The notes beneath the pieces were generated by a model. It made no database searches and was not told the DNA's origin. It saw nothing but the letters and a program-made list of their open reading frames with translations. From the NCBI GenBank assembly GCA_918797485.1, contig CAKKNE010000004.1:4712001-4776000 (forward strand): DNA of 64,000 bases, in the 5' to 3' direction. Shown here one piece after another: positions 10,065-20,952 of the stretch; position 1 is the stretch's first letter; every line of letters starts with the position of its first letter. Both the position numbers and the translations under genes were made by a program. Source of the DNA: Pelagomonas calceolata. Its lineage: Eukaryota.

Positions 10065-10850
10065 TCACACGAACCTCATCCCCTTGAAGATGTCGCGCGT
10101 CTCGGCGCGGAGCTCCTCGAGGCGCTCCGCGGCTATTTCATCCCCACCGTCCGCCGCCTCGGAGTACCAGATGGCCGCGGTCGCGAGGTTCCGCGGGACG
10201 CCCTCGCCGCGGTCGTGTATGGCGCCCAGCGCCGCGGCGGCCGCCCCGAGGCCCTGGTCGGCCGCCGCCTCCCAGAGCGCGATCGCTCGCCGCGCGTCGC
10301 CGTCGTCGAGCAATAATCGGCCGGCCAGATATTGGCCGTACGCGTCGCCCTGCTTAGCGGCGTTCAAAAAAGCCGCGAGCGCGCCCGCCGGGTCGCGGCG
10401 CACGCCCCGGCAGCCCTCCAATTTCAGCAAGCCGAGGCGCACGTTCGCGCGCGGCTTACCTAGCTTCGCGGCTCGGCGGAAGAGCCTAGCAGCCTCGCGT
10501 GAGTCCTTGGCGAGGCCGAGGCGGCCCTGCTGGTGCATACACGCCAGCATCTCGATGGCGAAGGGCGAGTCGGCCTCGACGTGCGCCTCCAAGCGCTCTC
10601 TGCAAACAACTGGGTCGTTCACAAAGTCCTCGCGGCAGAGCGGGCACGTGAACCGTGAATCACTCTGTGCGCGCCGCAGGCAGTCCTGGAGGCACGTCCG
10701 GCAGATCGCCGTCGCGCAGCAAACGAGCGCCGTCGTGGGCTCGACGCCGTCAAACGTCCTGCGGCACGCCGGGCACTCGCCGTCGTCGGCGAGGTAGAGG
10801 TCGCGCGCGGGCCAAGCGATGCCGCCCGAGCAGTGTTCCGTATTACGCAT
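10065..10850 (-). CDS. RING-type zinc finger + Sel1-like repeat protein
   Basis: CPAC..CC..ICRTC..CPLC followed by Sel1 repeats (AARLFRRAAKLG, AAIWYSEAADGGD). Start codon is uncertain. Confidence 0.75.
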   Translation of the reverse strand: MRNTEHCSGGIAWPARDLYLADDGECPACRRTFDGVEPTTALVCCATAICRTCLQDCLRRAQSDSRFTCPLCREDFVNDPVVCRERLEAHVEADSPFAIEMLACMHQQGRLGLAKDSREAARLFRRAAKLGKPRANVRLGLLKLEGCRGVRRDPAGALAAFLNAAKQGDAYGQYLAGRLLLDDGDARRAIALWEAAADQGLGAAAAALGAIHDRGEGVPRNLATAAIWYSEAADGGDEIAAERLEELRAETRDIFKGMRFV

Positions 10851-11054
10851 TTTCCACGCGTTTTCCCCTCGCGCGCCGCGCGTTTTGACGCCGAGCTAGA
10901 GTTTTTTCCTCGGTCACAAAAAAGCAGAGAAAAACTAGGTCACTCACACGCCGGCCGGACGGACCGTTTTCGAAGATGCCGGCTATCCGTGGCGTCTTTG
11001 CGGTTACTGTGAGTGTGCCCAAACTAACTAACTCGCGAACGGCGCCGGACGTGG

Positions 11055-11077
11055 GCTAGCGGCCTGTAAGACACTAG
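11055..11077. promoter_or_regulatory. CTAG-N-CTAG upstream motif
   Basis: GCTAGCGGCCTGTAAGACACTAG between divergently oriented genes. Confidence 0.55.
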
Positions 11078-11284
11078 CAAGCGCACGCCCTGCAGCAGCG
11101 CAGCATTTGCAGCGGTTGCAGCGGCAAGACAAGTGATTATCAATCGCTTGCGCACTCGCAAGAACCTCATTGTTGGATTGCACGCAGCCTCTGACGAGTT
11201 TCGAGACTTGGGAGCTGGTGCTCTCCCATATTTTGCTCTCACAGCTCTCAGCACGTCAGCCGCATGCAACGCCGCGATACGAGC

Positions 11285-12145
11285 ATGCACGTATCGCTGC
11301 TGCTCGCCGTAGCCGCAACCACAGCAGCCCTCGAGGTAGCCGTGGTCAGCCTCACGCCACCCACCGCGTCCGAGCACTACGGCGCCGCGGGTAAAGCCTG
11401 GCGCTGGAAGGTGGCCGTCATGGGCGAGGACATGGCGTTGCCGCGGCCGAAGACCGCGCTCGCCCTCGCCGAGAGCATCGTCGAGCGCAGCGAGGGCGCC
11501 GTCCAGGAGGCCGCGACGCTGTCGACATGTGCACGACTCCTCTTGATAGTAGCCGGCAACGAAGACGCGGTCTCCGCGACGCGCGAAGCCTGCGCCGCAC
11601 AGATCGCGAGCTACCAGACGCGCCCGTTCGACGACTGGCGGCGGGCGCTCGACGCCGCGGGCGACGACATCGTAAAAACGTCGCGCGCGGCGCCGACCGT
11701 CGACGACGACGACGAGCTAGGAGTCTTCGAAGCAGCAACTGGGGCCGAGGCCGGCGCATGGCTCGCCAGAGTCGTCGCCGGCGCCGCGGACGGACCTACT
11801 GCATTTGATCCGTTTTCCAGCCGCAAAGCGCACGTGCTCAAGCAGGCCAAGCAGTGCCTGGAGAAGTGCCGCGCGGGGAAGACGGGCGCGGTCCGCGACG
11901 CGCTCGTGCGATCGTTGGAAGCGGGCAAGCGCGCGCGCGACGCGAAGACTCCGGAGGTGTCCGCCCTGCGAGCGAGCCCTCGCGACGGCGGCGCGCGCAC
12001 CGCTGCTTTTTCCGCCGCGCTAAATCTATCCGAGAAGGCCGGACTGCTCCTCGCGGAAGACGTCGCCCAGCGAAACTTGACGCCCGAGCGGCGCGCGGCT
12101 CTCGGGCAAGAGCGCGCCCGACAAGATCGGGCAAAGGTAAGTTGA
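11285..12145 (+). CDS. Divergent glutamyl-tRNA-reductase N-terminal-domain-like protein with a signal peptide
   Basis: EAATLSTCARL resembles GluTR ExxxLSTCNR. HVLKQAK and LEAGKRAR resemble QILGQVK and xxGKRVR. No Rossmann GxGxxG domain is visible. Confidence 0.5.
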   Translation: MHVSLLLAVAATTAALEVAVVSLTPPTASEHYGAAGKAWRWKVAVMGEDMALPRPKTALALAESIVERSEGAVQEAATLSTCARLLLIVAGNEDAVSATREACAAQIASYQTRPFDDWRRALDAAGDDIVKTSRAAPTVDDDDELGVFEAATGAEAGAWLARVVAGAADGPTAFDPFSSRKAHVLKQAKQCLEKCRAGKTGAVRDALVRSLEAGKRARDAKTPEVSALRASPRDGGARTAAFSAALNLSEKAGLLLAEDVAQRNLTPERRAALGQERARQDRAKVS

Positions 12146-12173
12146 TAACACCTAGTTAATAAGGAGCGGGATC

Positions 12174-15100
12174 CTAGGCGACGTGGTAGGGCCCGCCGAG
12201 GCGCCGCTTCACGTCGGCCTTGCACTCGTCAACCAAAGAGAGGCACTTCTCGCCCAACGTCTCGAACTTGAAGTAGCCCGCCGCGTCGTGGCACTCGTTC
12301 AAATAAGCGTAGAACTCCTGAGTGTTGACGTCCGTGTCGTACGTACCCGAGCAGGGGCAGTGCGTCGCGCACTCCTCGCGGCAGACGCGCTTGCACCGCT
12401 TGCAGCGCAGGTCTTGAGCTAAAAACCGCGCCCGACATAGTGTAATAGTCTCCGCGACGCGTTGTTCCAAAACGGAAGAAGGCAAAGCGGCGCCGCAGCG
12501 GTCGCATAAACATTGGGGAGGCTCGGCGTCCTCGTCCGGCACGATGCCCTGATGGGCCTCCTCGGCCCGGCCGCGGTGAAAGGCCGCCGCGACGTCCACA
12601 TCTATGGTAGCATCGCAGTGCGGGCACGCGACGCCCTTGATCTCTATTTTGAGAGGTGGTGCTTTGATCTGGGCCTTCGGGTCGAATTCTCGGACGCCTA
12701 ACTGCGCCAGTAGTAACCGACGAGCTCGCACGCATTCCTCCTCGACTGAAGGATCCAGGGCCAACGCCCGACACGACAAAATAACAAAGTCCAGCGCCGT
12801 CGTCGAACCGTGGTAGTCCCGCTGTAGTTCACTGATGACCGGCATCAACTTTTGACTAGAGAACGTTTCCACGAACTGCTGCGTGAACAATTCATCTTGC
12901 TGCAGATTGCCCGTCCGCGCTTTCAGGGGTTTATGTAAGAAGGCCCCTACAAGGACGTTGAACCAGTCGACAGCTATCGGTGGCAGCTCTATCGCGAGAT
13001 CCCACTGGCTGACGAACCGATCTTGTACTGGTAATCGTTCCTCACCTTCCTCATTAGTCATTTCTTCATCTTGGTCGAGCAATTCGATGGCCCCAAAATT
13101 ATGAGCGTTTAGATAGAGTAGTGAAGCGTAGAAGGCGCGCGGCTTTAGGTGTAGGTATCTAAACACGGGTCTCTGCGAGATCGTCTGGGACACGAATTCC
13201 AGATGCGCCGCCGCCAGTTTCGGGTCCGTTTCCCGTGTAGCAACGATGACCTCGTTCTCGCCCGCGTGGACGACTCTCAGACCTAATCTTCGCAGATCCG
13301 ACACCAAGCGCGTGCGGACGCGTTTCGTCGTAGACTGAACAAGTCGTCTAAGAGAAGGATGGTGCAGGATCGACGACCGATCCCGCAGCCACCGCTCGAC
13401 GTTGACCAGCAACGCGTCGGCGTGCTCCGATCTTCTTTTGGACACGTCGTCGACCCACTCCGCTAGCAAAGCTCTCAGAATCCTAAACGCGTGCGCGCAG
13501 TCCTGGTCCTGGTAGCCCGCCTCGCCCAGAGCGCTGTCGCCCGCGAGGTCGTCCGAGACCATCACCGCGTTCACCGCGGACCCAAAGACGTCGACGCGCG
13601 CGCAGACCGTCCTGTAGGCCCCGGGGCATTCCACGATGCCCATCGTACTTGTGGATGCGACGTCCTGGAACGTGCCCCCTGTTCGTTTCGCGTAGGAACT
13701 TCCAAGGGGCGCGAAGTCTCTGAAGACTAATGGCAATTCACCGTCGTCATCAAACGAGGCCTCCTCGACGTCATCACCGAGGTCCGGTTTACCTGTACTA
13801 GAAGCCCACAACAGGTGGCGGTGCTGTTTTAGGGACCGAGCCATCAATACGTCCGCGGAACTCGTTAATGGTGAGGCTCCTAGAGAAGATAGAGGTACAT
13901 TTGCGTAGCGCGCCATCCTTTGTCTCTCCACTAACCACCTCGGGATGCGAGAGGCCCGTTCACACACTCTCCGACAAACCCAGGACTGCCAGCCTAGCCG
14001 AGGGTACCGCGAGTCGTCGCTTCGATAAGGGACTTCGCAATTCGCGAAATCCCCTAATTGGGGCAGAGTTCTCCTCAGCTCCGCGGCGCCCATCGATGAC
14101 TCGACGATGACTAGTGTGGGCCCTCGCTTCTCGGACGCGTACTGCGCCAATGAGGCCCCGGCACTCGACAAAGCTTCCGTTTCACTCGCCTTGGTCTCGG
14201 ACTTCTCTACCCGTAGCTCCTTCCAGGGCCGCTGCGAGTCTTGGGTCGCCATCTCGAAGAGCCGCTTCATGGCCGGCGGGCGGTCTCCTTTCCTTGCCTT
14301 GGGGTCTGCTACAATTAGTGAAGCCAAGACCGGCGATAACGCGTCATCCTTATCTGATTCCTCGCCGCGCTCTCTTCTGTCTAGATAAAACAGCGCGACG
14401 CAGGCTCGTCCTGTCTTAGGACATTTGCCATGATATAAATAAGCCACTCTAACCAATCTCGTAGCCCTATCACCGGACAAAGGCAACAAGGCGATACTGT
14501 CAGAAGCGTCGGAAGGCGCCAACTCCAAGTCGTCGGGCTCGAAGACCAGAGCCCCGCCCTTCAACTCCAATTCCTTCGCCGCACTCCGCCTCACCCGACA
14601 CGCCCCGCCGCCGGCACACACCTGCCGGAACCAGGCTGGGGTATGGTACTCGTACTTCGCACCCAACTGAGGTAGTAACGCTGCAAGGTTGTTCTCGCGC
14701 GACTCGTCGACGCGCACCTCGTACATCTGCTTCAGATCAGTTCCGGGCCTATCCCCGGTCGGCGGCGTGGCCCGAGGCACCTTCCGCGCGCCGAACTTCT
14801 GTAGTACGTCCTTCAGTGATGAGCCTTCATCCACATCGACATAAAAACGCCGGTCGACCTTGACCGAGGCCCGCTGCAGCAAACCATCATCGGTGACCAC
14901 AAAGCACGTGAGTAGCCCGGGCGTGTCGCCGTCTCTGACTTCGAGGACGCGCCACGTGCCTCTCGTTAAAGAGCGTGTGGAAGATCGTACTAGATCCGTC
15001 ACGGTCTTGCGCTTGAGGGGTTGCTGTTGACTCGTAGTATGTCGCGCCATCTTCTTGGCACTGTCGTTGTCTGATTTACGAGCGGCTCTGCGAGCCCGCC

Positions 15101-18100
15101 AGCGCTGCTTCCGGTCTTGGAGCCACGCTTCGTAGTTTGATGGTTCGATCTTCTTCAATGATAAGCCTAATTGCGGCGCTTCCGACGACGGCACCAGGGC
15201 CGTAGAAGCCGTAGAAGCGACCTTCTTGCGGGACCGCGCGACGACAGGAGTCATACTCTTCTGAGACGCGATGTCCTCCAAATCCCGGACCTTGGGCTTC
15301 TTCACCGAGGTATTCTCCTTGTCAAAGAACGAGGATATTTTCGTCTGCTTGCGCGTATCATCCCTATTAGCGACGAACTTGCGCAGCCACTCCGGGTGGG
15401 GCACTCTAGGTACCGGGTTCTGAACACCTTGCAACGCTGCTGGTATGGTCACGATCTTCCGAATCACACCTTCCAAGCGATCTCGATAATACCGCCAGTC
15501 GACCACATCAGAAACCGTGGGATCTAAGGCAGCGGGATCTTTCAGCCATTTGCGCAGGAAATGCCTCCGCACGGCCGGCTCCGCAGAAAAGATGACCGTC
15601 GGGATGGCTCGCTCCGTGACCGGGGCGCCGGCCGGCTTCGCACTAATCACGAGTTTACACTGCAGACCGGAACCCTGGATCATGTCGTCCCCTAAGAAAT
15701 CGGCAATACGTCTCGCAGTAGTTAACGACGTCATCTTGCGACCTTCGTACTCCGAGACCTCTCTGGACAACGATCTATTTTCCGAAATGAGATCTAACAC
15801 TTCGTCGGCGTCCATGCCCGCGCCGCGATGCTCGACAATATCGAGCCAGGCATTGGCGCAACTTGCGACTTGGGCGTAGCACTCCTCTATGGTGTTGCCT
15901 CGTAGGAATTGATCGAACAATTCCGCCTGGAACGCCTTGATGAGTTCTAACTCACCCCTACGTTTGAGTTCAAAACCCTTGAGCTCCGCCAAACTCCCGT
16001 CATCATTAAAGACCGCGTAGCGCTTCTTCAGTAACTTGCCCTCCTCCGTCGAGGCCGGTAGGACCATGCACTTGTAGGGCCCATCGACTTCAAAGAAGAT
16101 ACTACACTCCGAACTGATGTCGTACCCTCCACTAGTATTCTTGGTCTGCATCTGGTGGTTTGTGTAGTTCGCGTGGACGTCCGCATTGAGCATGCCGCAG
16201 GGGTAGCTGAACGGTAGCTTCTTGATGGAGCCGTCAGCCTGCTTGATGTCTAGCACATAGTTCTCCGGGAAACTCTCGGGCAGCATGCACCAGATGCCGT
16301 CCGTGTCCAACTCCAGCGGTCGGCCGACTTTCTCTACCAATTCGCGAGCCTGGGTAATCAATTGGGCGCCCGTCAGTGTGACAATACCGGCCATGGGCAT
16401 GCTGCGCCACCGCGCGCCCTTGCGCATGACGTACCCATAGAAACTGTTGAGAATACATTTATGAGCGACTTGCAAAGATTCAAACAACAACTCCTTATCT
16501 TCCGCGTGCTTTCTAGAAGCTCTGTCAGTAGCTTTTTCCCGCTTCTTCTTCCAGGCCTTCGTCAGGCCTTTGTACTCGTAGCGACGATCGCGAAACGCCC
16601 GCACCGTGTCCACATAAAACGAATTCTCCCTCATGCAGACCACATCAGTACGAGGTTCCTCGACCACAATCTTCTGCTTCTGGTACACCTTTTGCGCATA
16701 GTCTCGCAGGCGCGTCTTGAGTCTTAGTGCTTGATCTTTTTCCGGCAAAGCGGCGTAGCGTTGTTGAGCACCGTCCACATCAACAGATTCGTACTGCAAC
16801 TGGCGATGCAGCGAATTCACCTCCGCCGCAGAGGACGGATTCACGTCGCCCCGCCAGATCCAGTCCATCGGTCTTTTACATTGATTCCCTTCCCGGTTGT
16901 AGTCGCAGCCGGCGCACTTCTCTCGGTCCACAATCGCGGTCGGTTGCAACCGGTTCGTGAGGATAATATTCGGGTACATGGCAGACACGTCCAGGTGGTA
17001 GATCCTAGGTGCTTCCGTTCGCTTCGGAGCATCTCGTAAAGCCTCCAACGCACTGATTAACTGCGATCTAATGTCGTCGAAGTTCACTACATCTTCACGG
17101 GAAGCGCCCTTGCCCTCGGTACGGGCGTGGAATTCTAAATCTCTATCCACATTCTCGATGAGTTTCTCAAAAGCCTTCGAATCCAAGTCGAACGCCACCG
17201 GTAAATCCGAACGAAACACTCCAGATTCCAGCGATTCCACATGGCCCCCGACATAAGTCTCCGACTCCACTAACTTACCTTCCTTCCTCAGCAAATGGGG
17301 CTCGTTCTGCTTGTTGGGACACACTACAGAAGCTTTGAAGGCCTCGACCATCAACAGTGCCTCACATAGCGTTCCGGAACCTTTCCGCAGGACGTCCTCG
17401 GGGCCGTTCGGGATCACCGTACACAGCGAGAATATAAATAAATTCACGTAAATCTCGTACAGATAATACGTCGCGACGGCGTCGGAAACAGAATACGAGG
17501 CCATGGTCCGCGGTTCGGTGCGAGCAAACCTAACCATGTCTTCCGGATCAACTTCCACTGGATCGTACCCTAGCTTGTATTTCGTGACCGCTTTCAGGCC
17601 CTGCGAGCCTTGGGGCAGATAAGAATCGCGTTTCACCCAGGCGAACGCATCCAGGTGCACCTGGCCGCCCGTGCCGCGCCACTCGCCCTGCTCGTTGCCC
17701 GCAATCCCCAACTCGTTGGCGATGGAGATGCCGAGGAGCTGGCACCTTTTATCGAGGAAGGGCCAATCAAAAAAATCGCCGTTATAGGTAACGAACACGT
17801 GGGGCTTTAATTCTTTGCAGTGCTCGATGAACTTTCTGATGCACTGCTCTTCATTTTGTTCGTTGAAGACCGTAAACGGCCCCGGGAAGGCCGGCTTCGG
17901 CGTGTACTCGAAGGAGGGGATGTCCTCGCTGACCACATCTCGAGAGATGACTAAGTAGCCCTGGCCATCAATCATGTACGAGATCATGAAGACCTCGTCC
18001 CGCTCGGCGTTCGGGAACTTGAGCGGTGCTTTCGTACATTCAATATCAAAGGCGAGGATGCGCGGTGACGGTTTTTCGAGCACGTCGCGCTGCCACGTAA

Positions 18101-18746
18101 CAGAATACCCACCCGGGACTTCGGAGTCCGTCGCTTCGTTTTCATCTCTCTCAATGCCGAGGTCTGGTGATACTTCTAACCAAGCACCTACCCGAAAGTC
18201 CAAGTCAATGGAGCAGCGCATCGCATACGGCACGTCGTACTCCCGTATTTCATCTAGTGCCTCTAGTAAATCGTCTGGAGCTCGCGCATCGTCCTCCTGG
18301 AAGTGGTTCTGCGCCAAGCGTTTCCGGTTCTCGAAGATGACGGGCTTCAGCTCCTGGCGCACACTCATCAATTCCCGGACGTTGTCAAACGATAGCTTGA
18401 GGTACGGTCGCTTATACCCGGCGACGTGGTTCGGGGCATCCAGGTCCTCCAAGAGTACCGTTTCTACCCTACAATTCTCCTGCTCGAAGCGCCTCTGGAG
18501 TAAAGTTTTCGTCGCCTCCGTCAACCTTTCAAACTTGAGGGAGACGGCGACGTAAAAGTAAGGCGCATATCCCACAGTAACCCGAAAGTTGTTCTTGGCG
18601 TCCTTGGAGAGTAAAAAGAGCTCCACGCCGCTCAGTTCCCTATCTCCTCGCTGGAACGTCGTCGGCGCCATATTTAAAAGCCATCCGAGTCGCGGCGCCG
18701 GGCCCGCGTACGTCTCAAAGTCGTCGTAGCCCTCCGCCGCGGCCAT
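12174..18746 (-). CDS. POLE: DNA polymerase epsilon catalytic subunit
   Basis: Exo I AFDIECTKAPLKFP, HLDVSAMYPNI, KCILNSFYGY, ELDTDG, a CysX cluster and C-terminal CysA/CysB motifs. Uninterrupted 2190-aa ORF. Confidence 0.98.
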   Translation of the reverse strand: MAAAEGYDDFETYAGPAPRLGWLLNMAPTTFQRGDRELSGVELFLLSKDAKNNFRVTVGYAPYFYVAVSLKFERLTEATKTLLQRRFEQENCRVETVLLEDLDAPNHVAGYKRPYLKLSFDNVRELMSVRQELKPVIFENRKRLAQNHFQEDDARAPDDLLEALDEIREYDVPYAMRCSIDLDFRVGAWLEVSPDLGIERDENEATDSEVPGGYSVTWQRDVLEKPSPRILAFDIECTKAPLKFPNAERDEVFMISYMIDGQGYLVISRDVVSEDIPSFEYTPKPAFPGPFTVFNEQNEEQCIRKFIEHCKELKPHVFVTYNGDFFDWPFLDKRCQLLGISIANELGIAGNEQGEWRGTGGQVHLDAFAWVKRDSYLPQGSQGLKAVTKYKLGYDPVEVDPEDMVRFARTEPRTMASYSVSDAVATYYLYEIYVNLFIFSLCTVIPNGPEDVLRKGSGTLCEALLMVEAFKASVVCPNKQNEPHLLRKEGKLVESETYVGGHVESLESGVFRSDLPVAFDLDSKAFEKLIENVDRDLEFHARTEGKGASREDVVNFDDIRSQLISALEALRDAPKRTEAPRIYHLDVSAMYPNIILTNRLQPTAIVDREKCAGCDYNREGNQCKRPMDWIWRGDVNPSSAAEVNSLHRQLQYESVDVDGAQQRYAALPEKDQALRLKTRLRDYAQKVYQKQKIVVEEPRTDVVCMRENSFYVDTVRAFRDRRYEYKGLTKAWKKKREKATDRASRKHAEDKELLFESLQVAHKCILNSFYGYVMRKGARWRSMPMAGIVTLTGAQLITQARELVEKVGRPLELDTDGIWCMLPESFPENYVLDIKQADGSIKKLPFSYPCGMLNADVHANYTNHQMQTKNTSGGYDISSECSIFFEVDGPYKCMVLPASTEEGKLLKKRYAVFNDDGSLAELKGFELKRRGELELIKAFQAELFDQFLRGNTIEECYAQVASCANAWLDIVEHRGAGMDADEVLDLISENRSLSREVSEYEGRKMTSLTTARRIADFLGDDMIQGSGLQCKLVISAKPAGAPVTERAIPTVIFSAEPAVRRHFLRKWLKDPAALDPTVSDVVDWRYYRDRLEGVIRKIVTIPAALQGVQNPVPRVPHPEWLRKFVANRDDTRKQTKISSFFDKENTSVKKPKVRDLEDIASQKSMTPVVARSRKKVASTASTALVPSSEAPQLGLSLKKIEPSNYEAWLQDRKQRWRARRAARKSDNDSAKKMARHTTSQQQPLKRKTVTDLVRSSTRSLTRGTWRVLEVRDGDTPGLLTCFVVTDDGLLQRASVKVDRRFYVDVDEGSSLKDVLQKFGARKVPRATPPTGDRPGTDLKQMYEVRVDESRENNLAALLPQLGAKYEYHTPAWFRQVCAGGGACRVRRSAAKELELKGGALVFEPDDLELAPSDASDSIALLPLSGDRATRLVRVAYLYHGKCPKTGRACVALFYLDRRERGEESDKDDALSPVLASLIVADPKARKGDRPPAMKRLFEMATQDSQRPWKELRVEKSETKASETEALSSAGASLAQYASEKRGPTLVIVESSMGAAELRRTLPQLGDFANCEVPYRSDDSRYPRLGWQSWVCRRVCERASRIPRWLVERQRMARYANVPLSSLGASPLTSSADVLMARSLKQHRHLLWASSTGKPDLGDDVEEASFDDDGELPLVFRDFAPLGSSYAKRTGGTFQDVASTSTMGIVECPGAYRTVCARVDVFGSAVNAVMVSDDLAGDSALGEAGYQDQDCAHAFRILRALLAEWVDDVSKRRSEHADALLVNVERWLRDRSSILHHPSLRRLVQSTTKRVRTRLVSDLRRLGLRVVHAGENEVIVATRETDPKLAAAHLEFVSQTISQRPVFRYLHLKPRAFYASLLYLNAHNFGAIELLDQDEEMTNEEGEERLPVQDRFVSQWDLAIELPPIAVDWFNVLVGAFLHKPLKARTGNLQQDELFTQQFVETFSSQKLMPVISELQRDYHGSTTALDFVILSCRALALDPSVEEECVRARRLLLAQLGVREFDPKAQIKAPPLKIEIKGVACPHCDATIDVDVAAAFHRGRAEEAHQGIVPDEDAEPPQCLCDRCGAALPSSVLEQRVAETITLCRARFLAQDLRCKRCKRVCREECATHCPCSGTYDTDVNTQEFYAYLNECHDAAGYFKFETLGEKCLSLVDECKADVKRRLGGPYHVA

Positions 18747-19185
18747 CGTCGACCGTCGTTTGCGCGCTGCGCGGCGTCCGGGTCGCAGCTCGTGGCGTCG
18801 CGGCTGCGGCTCGCGCCTTGCGCGGCGCTGCTAGCAGTGCTGCTCTTTTTGGCGCCCGCGCGGGCTCCAAGCGCGATGCGGCGCGGCGCAGGCTTGCACA
18901 GGCTGATGATAGCACTACTGCTGTGCTGTAGACAGGTCACCTCGCTGTCACTGCCAGTCACGGTCGCGCAATCGCACAGACCGAGTTTGAAATGCGTCTC
19001 ACGCTAGATCAGCTCTCTAGCGGCGTCCGAACCGAAACGCTCGAGAGGGCTCCGGAGGCGTGTCGGAGAGGTGCTCAGACAAGCGGAGTGGACGGCCACA
19101 CGCATAGGCGCCGGCTGCCGATTGCAAGAGGCACGGACCACTATCAACCAGTATTACACAAGCGCGCCGCCGGCGCATCCGCAAG

Positions 19186-19689
19186 CTACGTCAGGTTCGC
19201 GTCGGCCTTCGCGGCGGCGTAGGCCCCGGGGTCCGTCCCGAGCGGCGCCGACGCGCAGTAGTCCTGGAGCCGCTTCATGACCGGCGTGTCCAGGCGCGGC
19301 GGCACGGGGTCCTTGCCCGTGATGAAGTTGAAGATGTCGATCGTCTCGCAATTTAAAATGTGCTCGTAGGCGTCGCAGTCCTCTTTGGAAAGGGTCGCGA
19401 CGTTCTCCGCGGCCCAGCTGCCTAATAACAAATCGACCTCGAGCCAGCCGCGCTGCTTCGACCGGTAGATCAAGCGCTTCCTTCTTACAGCATCGTCGGC
19501 GGGGATCTTGCGGTGCTCCGTCGCGAGCTCGGCCCAGCGCCGGCTCGCGCGCTGCTCCAGCTCGTCGGAGAGGCCCACCTTTTGCGCCGGCGTGACCTCG
19601 GGGCCCTCCTTGGAGGCGAGCGTGCGCGCTGCGCCGGCGTGTCGCGCAGCGGTGCGGCTCGCGTGGCGAGCTGTCAGGCGGAGGAGCAT
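19186..19689 (-). CDS. SDHAF2: Succinate dehydrogenase assembly factor 2 (Sdh5)
   Basis: RRKRLIYRSKQRGWLEVDLLLGSWA. Arg-rich mitochondrial presequence begins at MLLRLTAR. Confidence 0.9.
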   Translation of the reverse strand: MLLRLTARHASRTAARHAGAARTLASKEGPEVTPAQKVGLSDELEQRASRRWAELATEHRKIPADDAVRRKRLIYRSKQRGWLEVDLLLGSWAAENVATLSKEDCDAYEHILNCETIDIFNFITGKDPVPPRLDTPVMKRLQDYCASAPLGTDPGAYAAAKADANLT

Positions 19690-19835
19690 GAGGTGATGTA
19701 TGTCACTGCTACACTGCTGGGTTTGCTGCGCTGCGCTGCGGCCTGCAAGCTGTGAGTACTGTGCTTGTCTCAGATGACGCAGACCTGCGTTTTGGAGCCC
19801 AGCAGGCCAAAACACGGCAGCTGCCGCAGCTTTTT

Positions 19836-19857
19836 CTAGTGCCTTACGGTCGCTAGC
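19836..19857. promoter_or_regulatory. CTAG-N-CTAG upstream motif
   Basis: CTAGTGCCTTACGGTCGCTAGC between divergent SDHAF2 and TruB. Confidence 0.55.
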
Positions 19858-20082
19858 TGGGTTTTTGCACCGAGAGCGATTTAGACGCGCACGAGGCAGG
19901 ACGGAGTTGCCAAACGTGTCTGCGACGTGTTTTTGCAGCTCTCACAAAACCTGCAACCGTTTCGTGGCCGTGGACACGGAACAAGCTAAGTGCAGGCCGC
20001 TGCACTTGCAGGCGCCCGTCGCTGCAGTCGCGCGAGCACGCCAAACGACGCGACCACAGAGCACTAGAGCACGCATGCACCG

Positions 20083-20952
20083 ATGCGGCCGCTGCTAGCC
20101 ATGGTCGTGTGCACAAGAGCCCTCCTGCGTTCATCAACTCGCATGTCGCTAACGACAGCACCACAAAAGACCTTCGAGCGCACGAAGGAAGCGATACCGG
20201 ACGGCGTCTGCTGCGTCTACAAGCCGCCGGGCTGGACGTCGTCGAACGTCGTATCTAAGATACGGGGCACGCTCGAGCGGGCCATACGCATCAAAGGAGA
20301 GAAACGACAAAAGGTGAAGGTCGGCCACGGCGGCACGCTGGACCCGAACGCGCGGGGCTGTCTGGTGATTGGCGTGGGCACGGGCTGCCGGCTGATGCAG
20401 TCGTATTTGAAGGGCGGCAAGGAGTATTTTGCCATTGGAAAATTGGGCGAGGCCACGGACACGCTCGATTCGGAGGGCAACGTGACCTCCACTCAGCCCT
20501 ATGACGACTCTACATTACAAAGGATGGAGGCTTTATTACCTCAATTCACGGGCGACATCCTGCAAATACCACCCATGTACTCGGCGCTGCACAAGGACGG
20601 CAAGCGCCTGTATGACCTCGCTAGACAAGGTCTTGAGGTGGAGCGAGAGGCGCGGCAAGTTTCGGTTTCTAGGTTGCGGATGGTCGACGACCGCGGCGTC
20701 GGTTCCCACGAAGCGCCCTTGTCGCTCCCGTTCTTCGGCCTGGACGTCGAGTGCTCGGGCGGGACGTACATCCGAACGCTCATCGACGACCTAGCGAGGG
20801 AGGCGGGGTCGTGCGGCCACATGGTCGAGCTTGAAAGGACGCGCCAGGGGCCTTTTGGGTTGGAGCACTGCCTCGGTGACGAGGCGTGGGGCGACTTTGA
20901 TGCCGTGTGTGCGCATGTCGAGGCGTCGCGGGCCATTGTGGAGGATGGGTAA
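20083..20952 (+). CDS. truB: tRNA pseudouridine(55) synthase TruB family, organellar
   Basis: KPPGWTS, KVGHGGTLDP, QIPPMYSALHKDGKRLYDLAR, CSGGTYIRTL. Confidence 0.93.
   Translation: MRPLLAMVVCTRALLRSSTRMSLTTAPQKTFERTKEAIPDGVCCVYKPPGWTSSNVVSKIRGTLERAIRIKGEKRQKVKVGHGGTLDPNARGCLVIGVGTGCRLMQSYLKGGKEYFAIGKLGEATDTLDSEGNVTSTQPYDDSTLQRMEALLPQFTGDILQIPPMYSALHKDGKRLYDLARQGLEVEREARQVSVSRLRMVDDRGVGSHEAPLSLPFFGLDVECSGGTYIRTLIDDLAREAGSCGHMVELERTRQGPFGLEHCLGDEAWGDFDAVCAHVEASRAIVEDG

Noticed and set aside
10897..10939. Inverted repeat CTAGAGTTTTTT...AAAAACTAG upstream of the Sel1 gene
   Set aside because: Short and low-complexity, with no TSD or second copy seen.
12174..18746. Intein or viral origin of the large, lower-GC polymerase ORF
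   Set aside because: Length and motif order match a normal cellular Pol epsilon, and no intein-like insertion was seen.
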